From Auanema rhodensis (Eukaryota > Animalia > Nematoda): a DNA stretch of 64,000 nt. Made by a program: the position numbers and the translations under genes. The notes beneath the pieces are model-generated. The model ran no database searches. It worked only from the letters and a program-made list of their open reading frames with translations, and had not been told where the DNA came from. Shown one piece after another: positions 60,102-64,000 of this stretch. The stretch is from the NCBI GenBank assembly GCA_964057225.1, contig OZ059896.1, positions 13,826,001 to 13,890,000 on the forward strand. Reading direction: 5' to 3'. Each line of letters begins with the position of its first letter. Within the stretch, counting starts at the first letter, position 1.

Positions 60102-63100
60102 CAAGGCGGAGTCTTTTGATCTAAATCGTCGGTTCCGTGGTGTAGCGGTTAGCACTCAGGACTTTGAATCCTGCGACCCGAGTTCAAATCTCGGCGGAAC
60201 CTACTTTTTCATTTTTATCAGTTGGTCAATTTGTTTCTTCTTGAACTTTCTTCTTGAAGAACATAGTCAAGCGTTCCGTTATGCTCTCACGTCGATCCTA
60301 TAGACCAATAAAGCCTACAAGATGAGTGTGATAGTATTCCAGATGTAGCGGTACATAAATAGCTTAATGGATAAACATAAGACTTGAGAAAGAAAGGTTT
60401 ATTATGTCTACATGATTACAATAAGTTATAAAGGTCTGCATAAAGATATAAAGTGAAAGAGAGCTAAGAAAGGAAGACCAACCATCCATAGTCATTCCAT
60501 AAGGCAAAGCTGAAGTCTGTGTTCCATATGAAGGGCGTGTCGTCCTCTCTCAGCCTCATGTTGTCTGATTCTAACCCGCCTGCTACGTATTGATTCCCGA
60601 ATGGAACGCAAGGCGGAGTCTTTTGATCTAAATCGTCGGTTCCGTGGTGTAGCGGTTAGCACTCAGGACTTTGAATCCTGCGACCCGAGTTCAAATCTCG
60701 GCGGAACCTACTTTTTCATTTTTATCAGTTGGTCAATTTGTTTCTTCTTAAACTATCTACTTGAAGAACATAGTCAAGACGGAGTTTTTTGATCTAAATC
60801 GTCGGTTCCGTGGTGTAGCGGTTAGCACTCAGGACTTTGAATCCTGCGACCCGAGTTCAAATCTCGGCGGAACCTACTTTTTCATTTTTATCAGTTGGTC
60901 AATTTGTTTCTTCTTGAACTTTCTTCTTGAAGAACATAGTCAAGCGTTCCGTTATGCTCTCACGTCGATCCTATAGACCAATAAAGCCTACAAGATGAGT
61001 GTGATAGTATTCCAGATGTAGCGGTACATAAATAGCTTAATGGATAAACATAAGACTTGAGAAAGAAAGGTTTATTATGTCTACATGATTACAATAAGTT
61101 ATAAAAGTCTGCATAAAGATATAAAGTGAAAGAGAGCTAAGAAAGGAAGACCAACCATCCATAGTCATTCCATAAGGCAAAGCTGAAGTCTGTGTTCCAT
61201 ATGAAGGGCGTGTCGTCCTCTCTCAGCCTCATGTTGTCTGATTCTAACCCGCCTGCTACGTATTGATTTCCGAATGGAACGCAAGGCGGAGTCTTTTGAT
61301 CTAAATCGTCGGTTCCGTGGTGTAGCGGTTAGCACTCAGGACTTTGAATCCTGCGACCCGAGTTCAAATCTCGGCGGAACCTACTTTTTCATTTTTATCA
61401 GTTGGTCAATTTGTTTCTTCTTGAACTTTCTTCTTGAAGAACATAGTCAAGCGTTCCGTTATGCTCTCACGTCGATCCTATAGACCAATAAAGCCTACAA
61501 GATGAGTGTGATAGTATTCCAGATGTAGCGGTACATAAATAGCTTAATGGATAAACATAAGACTTGAGAAAGAAAGGTTTATTATGTCTACATGATTACA
61601 ATAAGTTATAAAAGTCTGCATAAAGATATAAAGTGAAAGAGAGCTAAGAAAGGAAGACCAACCATCCATAGTCATTCCATAAGGCAAAGCTGAAGTCTGT
61701 GTTCCATATGAAGGGCGTGTCGTCCTCTCTCAGCCTCATGTTGTCTGATTCTAACCCGCCTGCTACGTATTGATTTCCGAATGGAACGCAAGGCGGAGTC
61801 TTTTGATCTAAATCGTCGGTTCCGTGGTGTAGCGGTTAGCACTCAGGACTTTGAATCCTGCGACCCGAGTTCAAATCTCGGCGGAACCTACTTTTTCATT
61901 TTTATCAGTTGGTCAATTTGTTTCTTCTTGAACTTTCTTCTTGAAGAACATAGTCAAGCGTTCCGTTATGCTCTCACGTCGATCCTATAGACCAATAAAG
62001 CCTACAAGATGAGTGTGATAGTATTCCAGATGTAGCGGTACATAAATAGCTTAATGGATAAACATAAGACTTGAGAAAGAAAGGTTTATTATGTCTACAT
62101 GATTACAATAAGTTATAAAGGTCTGCATAAAGATATAAAGTGAAAGAGAGCTAAGAAAGGAAGACCAACCATCCATAGTCATTCCATAAGGCAAAGCTGA
62201 AGTCTGTGTTCCATATGAAGGGCGTGTCGTCCTCTCTCAGCCTCATGTTGTCTGATTCTAACCCGCCTGCTACGTATTGATTCCCGAATGGAACGCAAGG
62301 CGGAGTCTTTTGATCTAAATCGTCGGTTCCGTGGTGTAGCGGTTAGCACTCAGGACTTTGAATCCTGCGACCCGAGTTCAAATCTCGGCGGAACCTACTT
62401 TTTCATTTTTATCAGTTGGTCAATTTGTTTCTTCTTAAACTATCTACTTGAAGAACATAGTCAAGACGGAGTTTTTTGATCTAAATCGTCGGTTCCGTGG
62501 TGTAGCGGTTAGCACTCAGGACTTTGAATCCTGCGACCCGAGTTCAAATCTCGGCGGAACCTACTTTTTCATTTTTATCAGTTGGTCAATTTGTTTCTTC
62601 TTGAACTTTCTTCTTGAAGAACATAGTCAAGCGTTCCGTTATGCTCTCACGTCGATCCTATAGACCAATAAAGCCTACAAGATGAGTGTGATAGTATTCC
62701 AGATGTAGCGGTACATAAATAGCTTAATGGATAAACATAAGACTTGAGAAAGAAAGGTTTATTATGTCTACATGATTACAATAAGTTATAAAGGTCTGCA
62801 TAAAGATATAAAGTGAAAGAGAGCTAAGAAAGGAAGACCAACCATCCATAGTCATTCCATAAGGCAAAGCTGAAGTCTGTGTTCCATATGAAGGGCGTGT
62901 CGTCCTCTCTCAGCCTCATGTTGTCTGATTCTAACCCGCCTGCTACGTATTGATTCCCGAATGGAACGCAAGGCGGAGTCTTTTGATCTAAATCGTCGGT
63001 TCCGTGGTGTAGCGGTTAGCACTCAGGACTTTGAATCCTGCGACCCGAGTTCAAATCTCGGCGGAACCTACTTTTTCATTTTTATCAGTTGGTCAACTTG

Positions 63101-64000
63101 TTTCTTCTTAATCTATCTACTTGAAGAACATAGTCAAGGCGAAGTTTTTTGATCTAAATCGTCGGTTCCGTGGTGTAGCGGTTAGCACTCAGGACTTTGA
63201 ATCCTGCGACCCGAGTTCAAATCTCGGCGGAACCTACTTTTTCATTTTTATCAGTTGGTCAATTTGTTTCTTCTTGAACTTTCTTCTTGAAGAACATAGT
63301 CAAGCGTTCCGTTATGCTCTCACGTCGATCCTATAGACCAATAAAGCCTACAAGATGAGTGTGATAGTATTCCAGATGTAGCGGTACATAAATAGCTTAA
63401 TGGATAAACATAAGACTTGAGAAAGAAAGGTTTATTATGTCTACATGATTACAATAAGTTATAAAAGTCTGCATAAAGATATAAAGTGAAAGAGAGCTAA
63501 GAAAGGAAGACCAACCATCCATAGTCATTCCATAAGGCAAAGCTGAAGTCTGTGTTCCATATGAAGGGCGTGTCGTCCTCTCTCAGCCTCATGTTGTCTG
63601 ATTCTAACCCGCCTGCTACTTATTGATTCCCGAATGGAACGCAAGGCGGAGTCTTTTGATCTAAATCGTCGGTTCCGTGGTGTAGCGGTTAGCACTCAGG
63701 ACTTTGAATCCTGCGACCCGAGTTCAAATCTCGGCGGAACCTACTTTTTCATTTTTATCAGTTTGTCAATTTGTTTCTTCTTGAACTTTCTTCTTGAAGA
63801 ACATAGTCAAGCGTTCCGTTATGCTCTCACGTCGATCCTATAGACCAATAAAGCCTACAAGATGAGTGTGATAGTATTCCAGATGTAGCGGTACATAAAT
63901 AGCTTAATGGATAAACATAAGACTTGAGAAAGAAAGGTTTATTATGTCTACATGATTACAATAAGTTATAAAAGTCTGCATAAAGATATAAAGTGAAAGA
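59765..64000 (+). repeat. Composite tandem array block 4: 507-bp (tRNA + insertion) and 673-bp (2 tRNA + insertion) units; 10 tRNA-Gln(TTG) genes at 60131, 60638, 60804, 61311, 61818, 62325, 62491, 62998, 63164, 63671
   Basis: Insertion start spacings 507, 673, 507, 507, 673, 673, 507; all anticodons read TTG; continues past the window end. Confidence 0.94.

Noticed and set aside
12610-63843. More than 100 repeated 63-71 aa ORFs (MKNIVKAE...RFRGVAVSTQD...)
   Set aside because: They are translations through tRNA-Gln genes and spacers, mostly with TTG starts, and are freely broken by 1-bp indels and stops; not a peptide family.

Overview
AT-rich eukaryotic DNA, almost certainly nematode (many ~45-55 bp introns with TTTCAG acceptors, nematode-type tRNA-Gln, Cer-like BEL elements). 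1-12.4 kb holds three spliced genes: a lad-2-like L1CAM (6 Ig + 5 FN3 + TM + short tail, + strand), a secreted/GPI-type gene nested antisense in one of its introns, and a convergent CUB-like gene. From 12.7 kb to the end of the window lies a tandem array of about 174 full-length tRNA-Gln genes in a 166/167-bp unit. The array has both CTG and TTG anticodons in zones, higher-order repeats, and a 9-unit inverted block at its left edge. Its spacers carry two full-length, very recent BEL/Pao LTR retrotransposons (5-bp TSDs, gag-pol-env with a phlebovirus Gc-like envelope, an extra zinc-knuckle ORF, and a bipartite tRNA-Gly primer site). They also carry a 337-bp solo-LTR/MITE-like element that has been co-amplified into new 507/673-bp units. 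A diverged, truncated relative of that element sits at the inversion breakpoint. Coordinates and counts were read by eye, and no database searches were run.
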